DNA of 32,000 nt, from positions 1,020,001 to 1,052,000 of the forward strand of contig NC_000962.3 of NCBI RefSeq assembly GCF_000195955.2, written 5' to 3'. Both the position numbers and the translations under genes were made by a program. How positions within the stretch are numbered: position 1 is the first letter of the stretch; every line of letters begins with the position of its first letter. Of the stretch, positions 7,686 through 17,002 are shown piece by piece. The notes beneath the pieces were generated by a model. That model worked only from the letters and a program-made list of their open reading frames with translations, was not told the DNA's origin and ran no database searches. Source of the DNA: Mycobacterium tuberculosis H37Rv (lineage in GTDB: Bacteria > Actinomycetota > Actinomycetes > Mycobacteriales > Mycobacteriaceae).

Positions 7686-9337
7686 TGATCGTCAGGATGC
7701 GTAGCTGCGCTCAGGCCGCGAAGGTGGCCGAGGCCACCGGTGGTGTGCAGCTGGCGGGCAAGCCGAAACCCGATGGGACACCGACGTTCTCCCGGTATGT
7801 GGAGATCGGCGTGGATTTTGAGGCGCACCGGCCGGTGGTGGAGTCGGTTTCGGTGCTGTTCGAGCTTTATGACGGCGACGCCAACAGTTATGCCGCGACC
7901 GGGGGGCCGGGTGCCCAACTGCCGTCGGGCTGGATGGTCACGGCGGCGAAATTCGAGGTCGAGTGGCCCGCCGACCCGCAGCGGGCGGGTTTGGTGCGTT
8001 CACATTTCGGCGCCCGCCGCAAAGCTTTCAACTGGGGCCTGGCCCAGGTGAAGGCCGACCTCGACGCCAAAGCCGCTGATCCGGCACATGAGTCGGTGGA
8101 CTGGGACTTGAAGTCGCTGCGATGGGCGTGGAACCGAGCCAAAGATGACGTGGCGCCGTGGTGGGCCGAGAATTCCAAGGAGTGCTACTCGTCGGGGTTG
8201 GCCGATCTGGCCCAGGGCCTGGCTAATTGGAAAGCTGGCAAGAACGGGACCCGCAAAGGCCGGCGGGTGGGCTTCCCGCGATTCAAATCCGGGCGGCGTG
8301 ATCCTGGCAGGGTGCGGTTCACCACCGGCACCATGCGCATAGAGGATGACCGGCGCACGATCACGGTCCCGGTGATCGGGCCGCTGCGGGCCAAGGAGAA
8401 CACCCGCCGGGTGCAACGCCACCTCGTGAGCGGGCGCGCGCAGATCCTGAACATGACCTTGTCGCAGCGGTGGGGCCGGTTATTCGTGGCGGTCTGCTAC
8501 GCGCTGCGCACCCCGACCACCAGATCACCGCTCACCCAGCCGACTGTGCGCGCCGGAATGGACCTGGGAGTCCGGACCCTGGCCACGGTCGCCACCCTCG
8601 ACACCGCCACCGGCGAGCAGACCATCATCGAATACCCAAACCCGGCCCCGCTCAAGGCGACACTCGTCGCCCGTCGCAGGGCCGGCCGAGAACTTTCCCG
8701 CCGCATCCCCGGCTCCCATGGGCATCGGGCAGTGAAAGCCAAGCTGGCCCGCCTGGATCGCCGGTGCGTGCACCTACGGCGGGAAGCAGCCCACCAGCTC
8801 ACCACCGAGTTGGCGGGCACCTATGGCCAGGTCGTGATCGAAGACCTCGACGTGGCCGCGATGAAACGCAGCATGCGCCGGCGGGCGTTTCGCCGATCGG
8901 TCTCCGATGCCGCAATGGGTTTGGTCGCGCCGCAGCTGGCTTACAAAACGGCCAAGTGCAGCGGCGTGCTGACGGTGGCGGACCGCTGGTTTGCCTCCAG
9001 CCAAATCCACCACGGCTGCACCAGCCCCGACGGCACACCGTGCCGGCTGCAAGGCAAGGGCCGCATCGACAAACACCTGCTCTGCCCTGTAACGGGCGAG
9101 GTAGTCGACCGCGACAGAAACGCTGCTTTGAATCTCCGTGACTGGCCGGATAACGCCAGTCGTGGTCCAGTCGGGACCACGGCCCCATCGGCACCCGGGC
9201 CAACCACCACGGTTGGTACAGGCCATGGCGCGGACACCGGATCATCCGGCGCCGGCGGAGCATCCGTAAGACCCCGCCCACGCAGGGCCGGACGCGGCGA
9301 GGCCAAAACCCAAACCCCGCAAGGGGACGCCGCATGA
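7682..9337 (+). CDS. TnpB (OrfB), RNA-guided nuclease family, IS607-associated
   Basis: 551 aa; RuvC-like MDLGVRTLATV (D), VVIEDLDVAAMKR (E) and VDRDRNAALNLRDW (D); SSQIHHGC / LLCPVTGEVVDRDRNAA in place of the canonical zinc-finger segment. Confidence 0.9.
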   Translation: MMIVRMRSCAQAAKVAEATGGVQLAGKPKPDGTPTFSRYVEIGVDFEAHRPVVESVSVLFELYDGDANSYAATGGPGAQLPSGWMVTAAKFEVEWPADPQRAGLVRSHFGARRKAFNWGLAQVKADLDAKAADPAHESVDWDLKSLRWAWNRAKDDVAPWWAENSKECYSSGLADLAQGLANWKAGKNGTRKGRRVGFPRFKSGRRDPGRVRFTTGTMRIEDDRRTITVPVIGPLRAKENTRRVQRHLVSGRAQILNMTLSQRWGRLFVAVCYALRTPTTRSPLTQPTVRAGMDLGVRTLATVATLDTATGEQTIIEYPNPAPLKATLVARRRAGRELSRRIPGSHGHRAVKAKLARLDRRCVHLRREAAHQLTTELAGTYGQVVIEDLDVAAMKRSMRRRAFRRSVSDAAMGLVAPQLAYKTAKCSGVLTVADRWFASSQIHHGCTSPDGTPCRLQGKGRIDKHLLCPVTGEVVDRDRNAALNLRDWPDNASRGPVGTTAPSAPGPTTTVGTGHGADTGSSGAGGASVRPRPRRAGRGEAKTQTPQGDAA

Positions 9338-9361
9338 GAGTGCAACTAAAACACACTCAAC
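9140..9361 (+). ncRNA. Putative omega-RNA (reRNA) region at the tnpB 3' end
   Basis: Inferred from element architecture: non-conserved GC-rich tail after the last RuvC motif, containing hairpin CCCC-GCAA-GGGG at 9315-9326, next to the right-end repeat. No direct evidence of transcription. Confidence 0.35.
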
Positions 9362-9512
9362 GGCAACGGTGTCGTCGGGATGCCAGCGCCGCCCACGCAT
9401 CTTCACTTGATCGAGATCGATCAGGTGATCGGCCGCTCATTGGCGGCCGCGGCATCATGCAGATGGTTGACGAGCTGCGTGCGGCCGCTTCCGGTCCAAA
9501 ATCGCCAGACAG

Positions 9513-10577
9513 CTACCAGGAACGGGCCGCAGTTACCAGGCCCTGTACCAGGGTAGCGGTGACCGGTGACATGCCGCCGACGCCGGGGAGGGTACTGCGT
9601 GGGCCCAGACCCCTTACCCGAATCGATAGTTCCAGCTGGGTCCCGCCGTCGCGGACCCGGTTGACCGGATTGTCTGGATGCAGGCCGCGGAGCTCCTCCG
9701 GGATGGCGGCCAGATCGGTGACTACCCGATAGCCGGGCAGCTGGATGTGCCGCGCGAGATGGGCGGCAAGCGCGCGGTTGCGGCCCCCGGCCAACAGCTG
9801 GGTGCTGCGCCCGATGCGGTCGTAGCCGTGCAGCGACACGGCGACGTCAACGTGGTCAAGGAATTCGGCGAGGCGCGCCGATTCCGCAGGGTCGAACCGG
9901 GCCGACGGCAGGTGGTGCGGGTAGTTGTCCGGATGACGCAGCAGGTACACCGAAGCGCCCGCAGCCTCGGCGGAGCGTTCGGCGATCAGGTCGGTCACCT
10001 GCTCCAGGCCGCCCCCGTGGATGGCGAGGAAGCCGAAGCGGGACCGCAGCTGGCTCGTCTCGATGACGCCGGGCTGGCTTAGCAACTCCGAAAGTGATTG
10101 TGGCGCAGGCCCAGATCTCGATGACGGTAACACTGGCAGGGGCCACCGCGCGGGGTCCCAGCGGTGCAGATAGTCGATCCAGCGTTGCGGCAGCCCGTGG
10201 TGTCGAGCGCCGTCGATGACGCGCGGTAGATAGCCCGGCCGCGGCCGGCCCGGCATCACCCGGTGGTCAATGTAGACCCAGGCCGGCAACGCTGTGTCGT
10301 CGGTGTGCACGGTCAACCGTTCGCGCCGGTAGCGCACCGGCACGCCTTCGGCGCTGTCCAACCTGACCAGGTCGCGCTCGGAGAGCTGCCATAGCACGCC
10401 ATGCACCTTGTTTCCGGCGAAGGGTTCGACGGTGGCCACGCCGCGCTGGTTGATCAGCCAGTTGTGATCGCTGAGCACTGCCGGCCGCGGAGCACCGGCG
10501 TCGGGACAGCGCGACGCCATCTGGTGGGCGCACAGGTTGGACCCGTAGGCGAAGTAGGGATGCCGGCGGTCCGGCAT
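9513..10577 (-). CDS. Two-domain protein: N-terminal gamma-glutamylcyclotransferase-like (GGCT/AIG2) plus C-terminal poly-gamma-glutamate hydrolase-like domain
   Basis: 354 aa; N-terminus YFAYGSNLCAHQMASRCP...VHGVLWQLSERDLVRLDSAEG is the GGCT fold signature; C-terminal half LRSRFGFLAIHGGGLEQVTDLIAERSAEAAGASVYLL...SARFDPAESARLAEFLDHVDVAVSLHGYDR resembles phage-type poly-gamma-glutamate hydrolases. Confidence 0.75.
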   Translation of the reverse strand: MPDRRHPYFAYGSNLCAHQMASRCPDAGAPRPAVLSDHNWLINQRGVATVEPFAGNKVHGVLWQLSERDLVRLDSAEGVPVRYRRERLTVHTDDTALPAWVYIDHRVMPGRPRPGYLPRVIDGARHHGLPQRWIDYLHRWDPARWPLPVLPSSRSGPAPQSLSELLSQPGVIETSQLRSRFGFLAIHGGGLEQVTDLIAERSAEAAGASVYLLRHPDNYPHHLPSARFDPAESARLAEFLDHVDVAVSLHGYDRIGRSTQLLAGGRNRALAAHLARHIQLPGYRVVTDLAAIPEELRGLHPDNPVNRVRDGGTQLELSIRVRGLGPRSTLPGVGGMSPVTATLVQGLVTAARSW

Positions 10578-11864
10578 TCAGCCGGTCACCGTGAGATAGA
10601 TCAGCATCACGTTGAGCAGACTAACCATCACCGCGACCACCCAGCCAACCCAAGTCGTGGCGCGATGGTTGGTGTCGCCGCCCATCACCGCGGGGCTGCC
10701 GGTGAGTTTGACCAGTGGAAGTACCGCAAACGGAATACCGAACGACAGCACCACCTGTGAGAGCACCAATGTGCGGGTGGGGTCGAAGCCCAGCGTAAGT
10801 ATCGCCAACGCGGGGCCCAGCGTGATTAGGCGGCGCACCAGCATGGGAACGCTCCAGTGCAGCAGCCCCTGCATGATCATCGCGCCGGCGTAAGCACCCA
10901 CCGACGACGACGCCAAGCCGGACGCCAGCAACCCGACCGCGAAGAGCACCGCGATCGTCGCCCCCAAGGTGTCGTGGACGGCGTGGTAGGCGCCTTCGAT
11001 CGAGGCGGTGTCCCCACGGCCCCGCATGTTCAGCGCGGCAACCAGCAGCATCGCGGCGTTTACCCCGCCGGCTATCAGCATCGCCAGGCCGACATCCCAG
11101 CGGGTGACGCGCAGCAGCCGGCGCCGCTGAGGGCCCGGATCGGGATGCCCGTGCCGGTCGCGCGCGAGACCTGAATGCAGGTAGACGGCGTGCGGCATGA
11201 CGGTCGCCCCCATGATCGCCGCGGCCAAAAGAACGCTCTCGGTTCCCTGAAAGCGCGGTGCCAAACCGCCGAGGACCGCATTGGGGGGTGGTGTCACGAC
11301 GAAGAAACTGGCGGTGAAGCCGATGGCAATCACCAGCAGCAAGGCGGTGATGACGCGCTCGAACAAACGTTGACCGCGCCGATCCTGGATCGTCAGCAGC
11401 AGCAGCGAGACCACCCCGGTGATGATCCCGCCGATCGGCAGCGGCAGGTTGAACATGATCCGCAATGCGATAGCTCCGCCGATCACTTCGGCCACATCGG
11501 TTGCCATCGCGACGATCTCGGCCTGTGCCCAGTAGGCCAGCCGGGCCGGGCGTCCCATTCGCTTGCCGATCGCTTCCGGCAGTGAGCGTCCGGTCACCAG
11601 CCCGAGCTTTGCCGACAGGTACTGCACCAGGGCGGCCATCACGTTGGCGGCGACGATCACCCATAACAACAGGTAGCCGAACTGGGCGCCGGAGCTGACG
11701 TTGGCTGCCACGTTCCCGGGGTCGACGTAGGCGATGGCCGCGACAAAGGCTGGCCCGAGCAGATACCAGCTCGTCTTCAGGGAAGTCCGGGTGTCCTGGG
11801 CCAACTCACCGACTTTCGATCCACGCGAACAAAGATGCGAGAGTAACCGAAATTCGCCCGCCAC
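10578..11864 (-). CDS. mntH: NRAMP-family Mn2+/divalent metal transporter
   Basis: NRAMP motifs AIAYVDPGNVAANVSSG and GATVMPHAVYLHSGL; about 428 aa with multiple TM segments. The ORF track start is 11867; the adjacent GTG (11864) is an equally plausible start. Confidence 0.95.
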   Translation of the reverse strand: MAGEFRLLSHLCSRGSKVGELAQDTRTSLKTSWYLLGPAFVAAIAYVDPGNVAANVSSGAQFGYLLLWVIVAANVMAALVQYLSAKLGLVTGRSLPEAIGKRMGRPARLAYWAQAEIVAMATDVAEVIGGAIALRIMFNLPLPIGGIITGVVSLLLLTIQDRRGQRLFERVITALLLVIAIGFTASFFVVTPPPNAVLGGLAPRFQGTESVLLAAAIMGATVMPHAVYLHSGLARDRHGHPDPGPQRRRLLRVTRWDVGLAMLIAGGVNAAMLLVAALNMRGRGDTASIEGAYHAVHDTLGATIAVLFAVGLLASGLASSSVGAYAGAMIMQGLLHWSVPMLVRRLITLGPALAILTLGFDPTRTLVLSQVVLSFGIPFAVLPLVKLTGSPAVMGGDTNHRATTWVGWVVAVMVSLLNVMLIYLTVTG

Positions 11865-11895
11865 CAACCACCGGGCTACTCGGGACCTCCGCTGG

Positions 11896-12633
11896 CTATC
11901 GGTAGTCGGGGTTGGCGAAGTCCGGCCGGCAGCCGGCGTCCCACTTGGTGCGTTGATTGCCGTAGGCCGGGATGCCGCCGGCGACCCGCAACATCTGCGC
12001 GATGTGCATCAGATTGAACGTCATGAATGTGGTGTTGCGGTTGGTGAAGTCGTTCTCTGGACCGCCGGATCCGGGGTCGAGATACGACGGTCCCGGCCCC
12101 GCTTCACCGATCCAGCCGGCATCCGCTTGCGGCGGGATGGTGTATCCCAGGTGTTGCAGGCTATAGAGCACATTCATCGCGCAATGCTTGACGCCGTCCT
12201 CGTTTCCGGTAATGAGGCAACCACCGGCGCGGCCGTAGTAGGCGTACTGTCCATCCTCGTTGAGCAGGCTCGAGCATGCGTACAGGCGCTCGATAACCCG
12301 TTTCATCACCGAGCTGTTGTCGCCCAGCCAGATCGGCCCGCACAGCACCAGGATGTGCGCATCGAGGACACGCCGATACAGGGCGGGCCATTCGTCGGTC
12401 GCCCAACCGTGTTCGGTCATGTCCGGCCATACGCCGGTCGCTATGTCATGGTCAACTGCGCGCAGAGTGTCGACCTGGACGCCATGCTCACGCATGATCC
12501 CCGAGCTGCGCTCAATGAGCCCGTCGGTATGGCTGAGCTCTGGCGAGCGCTTCAGTGTCGCGTTGATGAACAGCGCACGCAGCCCGTCGAATCGGGGTGG
12601 GGCCGCGGCGTTCTGGTCAGAGGTTGTGGTCAT
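11896..12633 (-). CDS. Flavodoxin-like NAD(P)H-dependent FMN reductase family protein
   Basis: 245 aa; LRALFINATLKRSPELSHT, ILVLCGPIWLGDNSSVMKRVIERLY, CLITGNEDGVKH fit the flavodoxin/NADPH-dependent FMN reductase fold. Confidence 0.75.
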   Translation of the reverse strand: MTTTSDQNAAAPPRFDGLRALFINATLKRSPELSHTDGLIERSSGIMREHGVQVDTLRAVDHDIATGVWPDMTEHGWATDEWPALYRRVLDAHILVLCGPIWLGDNSSVMKRVIERLYACSSLLNEDGQYAYYGRAGGCLITGNEDGVKHCAMNVLYSLQHLGYTIPPQADAGWIGEAGPGPSYLDPGSGGPENDFTNRNTTFMTFNLMHIAQMLRVAGGIPAYGNQRTKWDAGCRPDFANPDYR

Positions 12634-12709
12634 ACGTCATACCCACCTGCCTGTCATCGTCGTGCCGGGTTGCCGCTGGGCGGCGGTGCTGGTGCCAAGA
12701 AATGACCGA

Positions 12710-13786
12710 TCAGGCAGCAGCGTACCGCCCTTCACCGGTGATCAGGGGTAGGTCGAGGGTTGTCCGGATACCCGGTTCGGCGGCCACCACTGCAGGGATC
12801 GCGTTGACGATGCGCATCGCGGTGGCGACCAGTCCGGCGTGGTTGTGGTCCCCGTGGCGGCTGCTCAGGCAGATGTCCATGGCGTAGCAGGGCTCGCCGG
12901 AGATTTCGATGCGGTACGAGCCGCCCGGCTGGGCGGGCTGCGGCCACTCGGGACATAGGTCCGCGCGCAACCGGGTCACGTGTTCCAGGACTACCGCTGG
13001 CACGCCGTCGACCAGGCCGAGCACCTCGAAGCGCAGGGCGGCGGCGCTGCCCTTAGGAATATGGCCCGATGCAATGTTGAAGGCCTCCGGCGCCGGCTCC
13101 CGGACATACATTTCCTCGACCCCGTCAAGTGAAATGCCAAGGCCCGCAGCAAGTTGTCGGACCACTGATCCCCAGGCCAGGCTGAGCACACCTGGCTGCA
13201 GCAGCATCGGGATCTGGTCCATCGGCTTACCGAAGCCCATCACGTCGAACATGACTACGGCGCTGTCATAGGTGGCGTAGTCGACGATCTCCATGCAGCG
13301 TATCTGCTCGATGCTTTCACAGGTGCCGGCCAACGCCATCGGCAACAGGTCGTTGGCGAAACCCGGATCGATGCCGTTCACGTACAGACTTGAATTTCCT
13401 GCGCGCGCAGCGTCTTGCAAAGGCTTGATGATCTCGTCGGGGATCACCTGCCACGGATATTGCAAGAACACCGGGCCGCTGCCGACGATATTGATCCCTG
13501 CCGCCAAGATTCGGCGGTAGTCTTCCAGCGCCTCGGGCAGCCGATTGTCGGCCATCGCGTTGTAGACGGCGCACCGCGGCCCGGTGGCGAGCACGGCGTT
13601 CAGATCGGTGCTGGCCCGCACACCCGTCGAATCCGCCAGCCCGGCAAGCTCTGCCGCATCCTTGCCGGCTTTGGCGTCCGATGACACCCAGACACCGGTG
13701 AGCTCGAACTCCGGGTCGGCGATGAGCGCACGCAACGAGTGCACGCCAACGTTGCCGGTGCCCAATTGAACGACGGGTATGGCCAT
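12710..13786 (-). CDS. Dihydrodipicolinate reductase-like Rossmann-fold dehydrogenase
   Basis: 358 aa; N-terminal nucleotide-binding MAIPVVQLGTGNVGVHSLRALIADPEFELTGVWVSS. Confidence 0.75.
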   Translation of the reverse strand: MAIPVVQLGTGNVGVHSLRALIADPEFELTGVWVSSDAKAGKDAAELAGLADSTGVRASTDLNAVLATGPRCAVYNAMADNRLPEALEDYRRILAAGINIVGSGPVFLQYPWQVIPDEIIKPLQDAARAGNSSLYVNGIDPGFANDLLPMALAGTCESIEQIRCMEIVDYATYDSAVVMFDVMGFGKPMDQIPMLLQPGVLSLAWGSVVRQLAAGLGISLDGVEEMYVREPAPEAFNIASGHIPKGSAAALRFEVLGLVDGVPAVVLEHVTRLRADLCPEWPQPAQPGGSYRIEISGEPCYAMDICLSSRHGDHNHAGLVATAMRIVNAIPAVVAAEPGIRTTLDLPLITGEGRYAAA

Positions 13787-13839
13787 GGCGGGCTCCTTAG
13801 CGGTAGGGGTCAGACTGCGACTGCTCGCGCATCATCGGT

Positions 13840-14631
13840 TCACAGGTCCGGAATGGGAAGGTCGAGATTGGGGAAGGTGAGTCCGCCGTCGACCTCCAAC
13901 GTCTTGCCGGTCAGGAAGCTGCCCGCCGGAGAGGCCAAATACACTGCCGCAGCTGCAATGTCGACGGGGTCACCGAGCCGGCGCAGTGGTGTCGCCTGCT
14001 CCATCGGCGCACGCAGCTCGTCGTTGGCGGCTACCACCTCCAGCGCCGAGGTCAGGATGGAACCCGGCGCGATCGCATTGACCCGGACGCGTGGGCACAG
14101 GTCCAGCGCCGCCAGCCGGGTGTAGTGGGCCAGTGCGGCCTTGGCGGTGCCGTAGGCGGCGAAACCCCGCGCCGCCAGCCGGCCCATGGTGGAGCTGATG
14201 TTGATCACGCTGCCGCCGCCGGAGTGTTCCAGCATCAACGGCACCGCCGCGACGGTCAGCGCGTGGGCGGTGCCCACGTTGAAGGCGAAGGCGTCCGCGA
14301 GGTCCTTGGTCGAGGTGCTTAGCAGCGTGTTGGGCATGGTGCCGCCAACGTTGTTGACGACGATGTCGAGCTTCCCGAAAGCTCCGACGGCCTGACCAGC
14401 CAGCTGCGCGGTCACCTCGGGATGGGCCAGATCGGCGGCAACGGTGTGGGCGCGGCGGCCGGCAGCGCGGATCTGTTCGGCGACAGCGTCAAGCTCGGAT
14501 GATGTTCGTGAAGCGATGAGGACATCCGCGCCGGCCTGGGCGAAAGCCAATGCGATGGCTGCTCCCAGGCCGCGGCCGCCGCCGGTGATGACGGCAACCT
14601 TGTCGTCAAGACGGAACATATCCAGGATCAT
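13840..14631 (-). CDS. Short-chain dehydrogenase/reductase
   Basis: [68 protein letters not shown]: SDR motifs TGxxxGxG, NNxG, YxxxK. Upstream extension to 14736 lacks homology features. Confidence 0.9.
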
Positions 14632-14902
14632 GGCGCCCTCTTTTCCGGCTGTCGGCCGAAACGGTAACAAGCTTGCTGCAGCTTCCTGTGACTGCTCCCG
14701 AAACCTGGGGGTGTGCCTGCTGTGTATGCACGGCATACGGACATCCTTCCCCTGAGACCCGCGGTCGAACCAGCCACGTGTCCATCATCAGGGGTCAACC
14801 CCGGCCAAGGGCGACGGCACGCCAAGTTCGCCGACCGTTAACCTAGTGCTGTTAGCTTCATTTGCTGCGAGCAAAACAGCTGGTCGGCCGTTAGGAACTG
14901 AA

Positions 14903-16015
14903 TTGAAACTCAACCGATTTGGTGCCGCCGTAGGTGTCCTGGCTGCGGGTGCGCTGGTGTTGTCCGCGTGTGGTAACGACGACAATGTGACCGGGGGAGG
15001 TGCAACCACTGGCCAGGCGTCGGCGAAGGTCGATTGCGGGGGGAAGAAGACACTCAAAGCCAGTGGGTCGACGGCGCAGGCCAACGCGATGACCCGCTTT
15101 GTCAACGTGTTCGAGCAGGCCTGCCCCGGCCAAACCCTGAACTACACGGCCAATGGTTCGGGCGCTGGAATCAGCGAATTTAATGGCAACCAAACCGATT
15201 TCGGTGGCTCAGATGTACCCCTGAGCAAGGACGAGGCCGCAGCGGCGCAGCGGCGTTGCGGCTCGCCGGCGTGGAATCTGCCGGTGGTGTTCGGCCCGAT
15301 CGCGGTTACCTACAACCTCAACAGCGTTTCCTCGCTAAATTTGGACGGCCCCACGTTGGCGAAGATCTTCAACGGCTCCATTACGCAGTGGAACAATCCC
15401 GCGATCCAGGCGCTGAACCGCGACTTCACGCTGCCAGGTGAGCGGATTCACGTGGTGTTCCGCAGCGATGAGTCGGGGACCACGGACAACTTCCAGAGGT
15501 ACCTGCAGGCCGCGTCCAACGGTGCGTGGGGTAAGGGCGCTGGAAAGTCGTTCCAAGGCGGCGTCGGTGAGGGCGCGCGGGGTAACGATGGCACGTCAGC
15601 GGCCGCGAAGAACACCCCGGGGTCGATCACCTACAACGAGTGGTCGTTCGCCCAGGCGCAGCACCTGACCATGGCCAACATCGTCACTTCGGCTGGTGGG
15701 GACCCGGTGGCGATTACTATCGACTCGGTCGGCCAGACGATCGCCGGGGCCACCATCTCCGGGGTGGGCAACGACCTGGTGCTCGACACGGACTCGTTCT
15801 ACCGGCCGAAGCGTCCCGGCTCCTATCCGATCGTGTTAGCGACATACGAAATCGTTTGCTCGAAGTATCCCGACTCGCAGGTTGGCACGGCTGTGAAGGC
15901 GTTCCTGCAGAGCACTATCGGCGCCGGTCAAAGCGGCCTGGGGGACAACGGATACATCCCAATTCCGGACGAGTTCAAATCGAGGCTGTCGACTGCGGTC
16001 AACGCGATCGCCTGA
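14903..16015 (+). CDS. pstS3: Phosphate ABC transporter substrate-binding lipoprotein
   Basis: TTG start, lipobox [57 protein letters not shown]: PstS signatures. Confidence 0.93.
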   Translation: MKLNRFGAAVGVLAAGALVLSACGNDDNVTGGGATTGQASAKVDCGGKKTLKASGSTAQANAMTRFVNVFEQACPGQTLNYTANGSGAGISEFNGNQTDFGGSDVPLSKDEAAAAQRRCGSPAWNLPVVFGPIAVTYNLNSVSSLNLDGPTLAKIFNGSITQWNNPAIQALNRDFTLPGERIHVVFRSDESGTTDNFQRYLQAASNGAWGKGAGKSFQGGVGEGARGNDGTSAAAKNTPGSITYNEWSFAQAQHLTMANIVTSAGGDPVAITIDSVGQTIAGATISGVGNDLVLDTDSFYRPKRPGSYPIVLATYEIVCSKYPDSQVGTAVKAFLQSTIGAGQSGLGDNGYIPIPDEFKSRLSTAVNAIA

Positions 16016-16027
16016 TCTGAGGTTGAC

Positions 16028-17002
16028 GTGGTCACCGAGCCGCTCACAAAGCCGGCGCTAGTGGCGGTCGACATGCGCCCCGCGCGGCGCGGCGAGCGGC
16101 TGTTCAAGCTGGCCGCGTCGGCCGCCGGTTCGACGATCGTCATCGCAATCCTGCTGATCGCGATATTCCTGTTGGTCCGCGCCGTGCCGTCGTTGCGGGC
16201 GAATCACGCCAATTTCTTCACCAGTACCCAATTCGACACGTCGGACGATGAGCAGCTGGCGTTTGGTGTCCGGGACTTGTTCATGGTCACGGCGTTGAGT
16301 TCGATAACGGCTCTGGTGTTGGCGGTGCCGGTGGCTGTCGGGATCGCGGTGTTCCTCACCCACTACGCGCCGAGGAGACTGTCGCGTCCATTCGGCGCGA
16401 TGGTGGATCTACTGGCCGCAGTGCCGTCGATCATCTTCGGGTTGTGGGGGATCTTTGTGCTGGCGCCCAAGCTCGAGCCGATCGCGAGGTTTCTCAATCG
16501 CAACTTGGGCTGGTTGTTCCTGTTTAAGCAGGGCAACGTGTCGTTGGCCGGCGGCGGCACGATTTTCACCGCGGGCATCGTGCTGTCGGTGATGATCCTG
16601 CCTATCGTCACATCGATATCACGCGAAGTGTTCCGGCAGACTCCGCTGATCCAAATCGAAGCAGCGCTGGCGCTAGGCGCGACGAAATGGGAGGTAGTGC
16701 GGATGACCGTGCTGCCATACGGGCGAAGCGGGGTGGTCGCGGCCTCCATGCTGGGTTTGGGGCGGGCTCTGGGCGAAACCGTGGCCGTGCTGGTCATCCT
16801 GCGCTCGGCCGCGCGGCCGGGGACCTGGTCGCTGTTCGACGGCGGTTATACGTTCGCTTCCAAGATCGCCTCCGCTGCTTCAGAATTCAGCGAACCGCTG
16901 CCGACCGGAGCCTATATTTCGGCGGGATTTGCGTTATTCGTGCTGACGTTCCTGGTCAATGCGGCCGCTCGCGCAATCGCCGGCGGGAAGGTCAACGGGT
17001 GA
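16028..17002 (+). CDS. pstC2: Phosphate ABC transporter permease
   Basis: 324 aa, [42 protein letters not shown] (EAA-type permease loop). Confidence 0.93.

Larger units (their letters stand above)
7060..9361 (+). mobile_element. IS607-family insertion sequence (IS1535-like); coordinates give the inverted-end cores, and true ends may lie slightly outside
   Basis: Serine recombinase TnpA plus TnpB overlapping by 4 nt, bracketed by GTTGAGTGTGTTTTAGT (7060-7076) and its exact reverse complement ACTAAAACACACTCAAC (9345-9361). Confidence 0.85.

Noticed and set aside
9334-9732. 132-aa plus-strand ORF after tnpB
   Set aside because: Runs from the IS607 right end into the antisense of the GGCT fusion gene; no conserved motifs.
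10621-11664. 347-aa minus-strand ORF overlapping mntH
   Set aside because: Same strand, alternate frame of mntH; basic low-complexity translation without family motifs, while the NRAMP frame is clearly coding.
11734-12705. 323-aa plus-strand ORF
   Set aside because: Antisense to the flavodoxin-like gene and mntH start; codon shadow in high-GC DNA, no recognisable family.
14837-14858. GTTAACCT / GTTAGCTT half-site pair upstream of pstS3 as a phosphate-response (RegX3-type) box
   Set aside because: The repeats are short, imperfect and 14 nt apart, which does not clearly fit a known box; not enough support from sequence alone.
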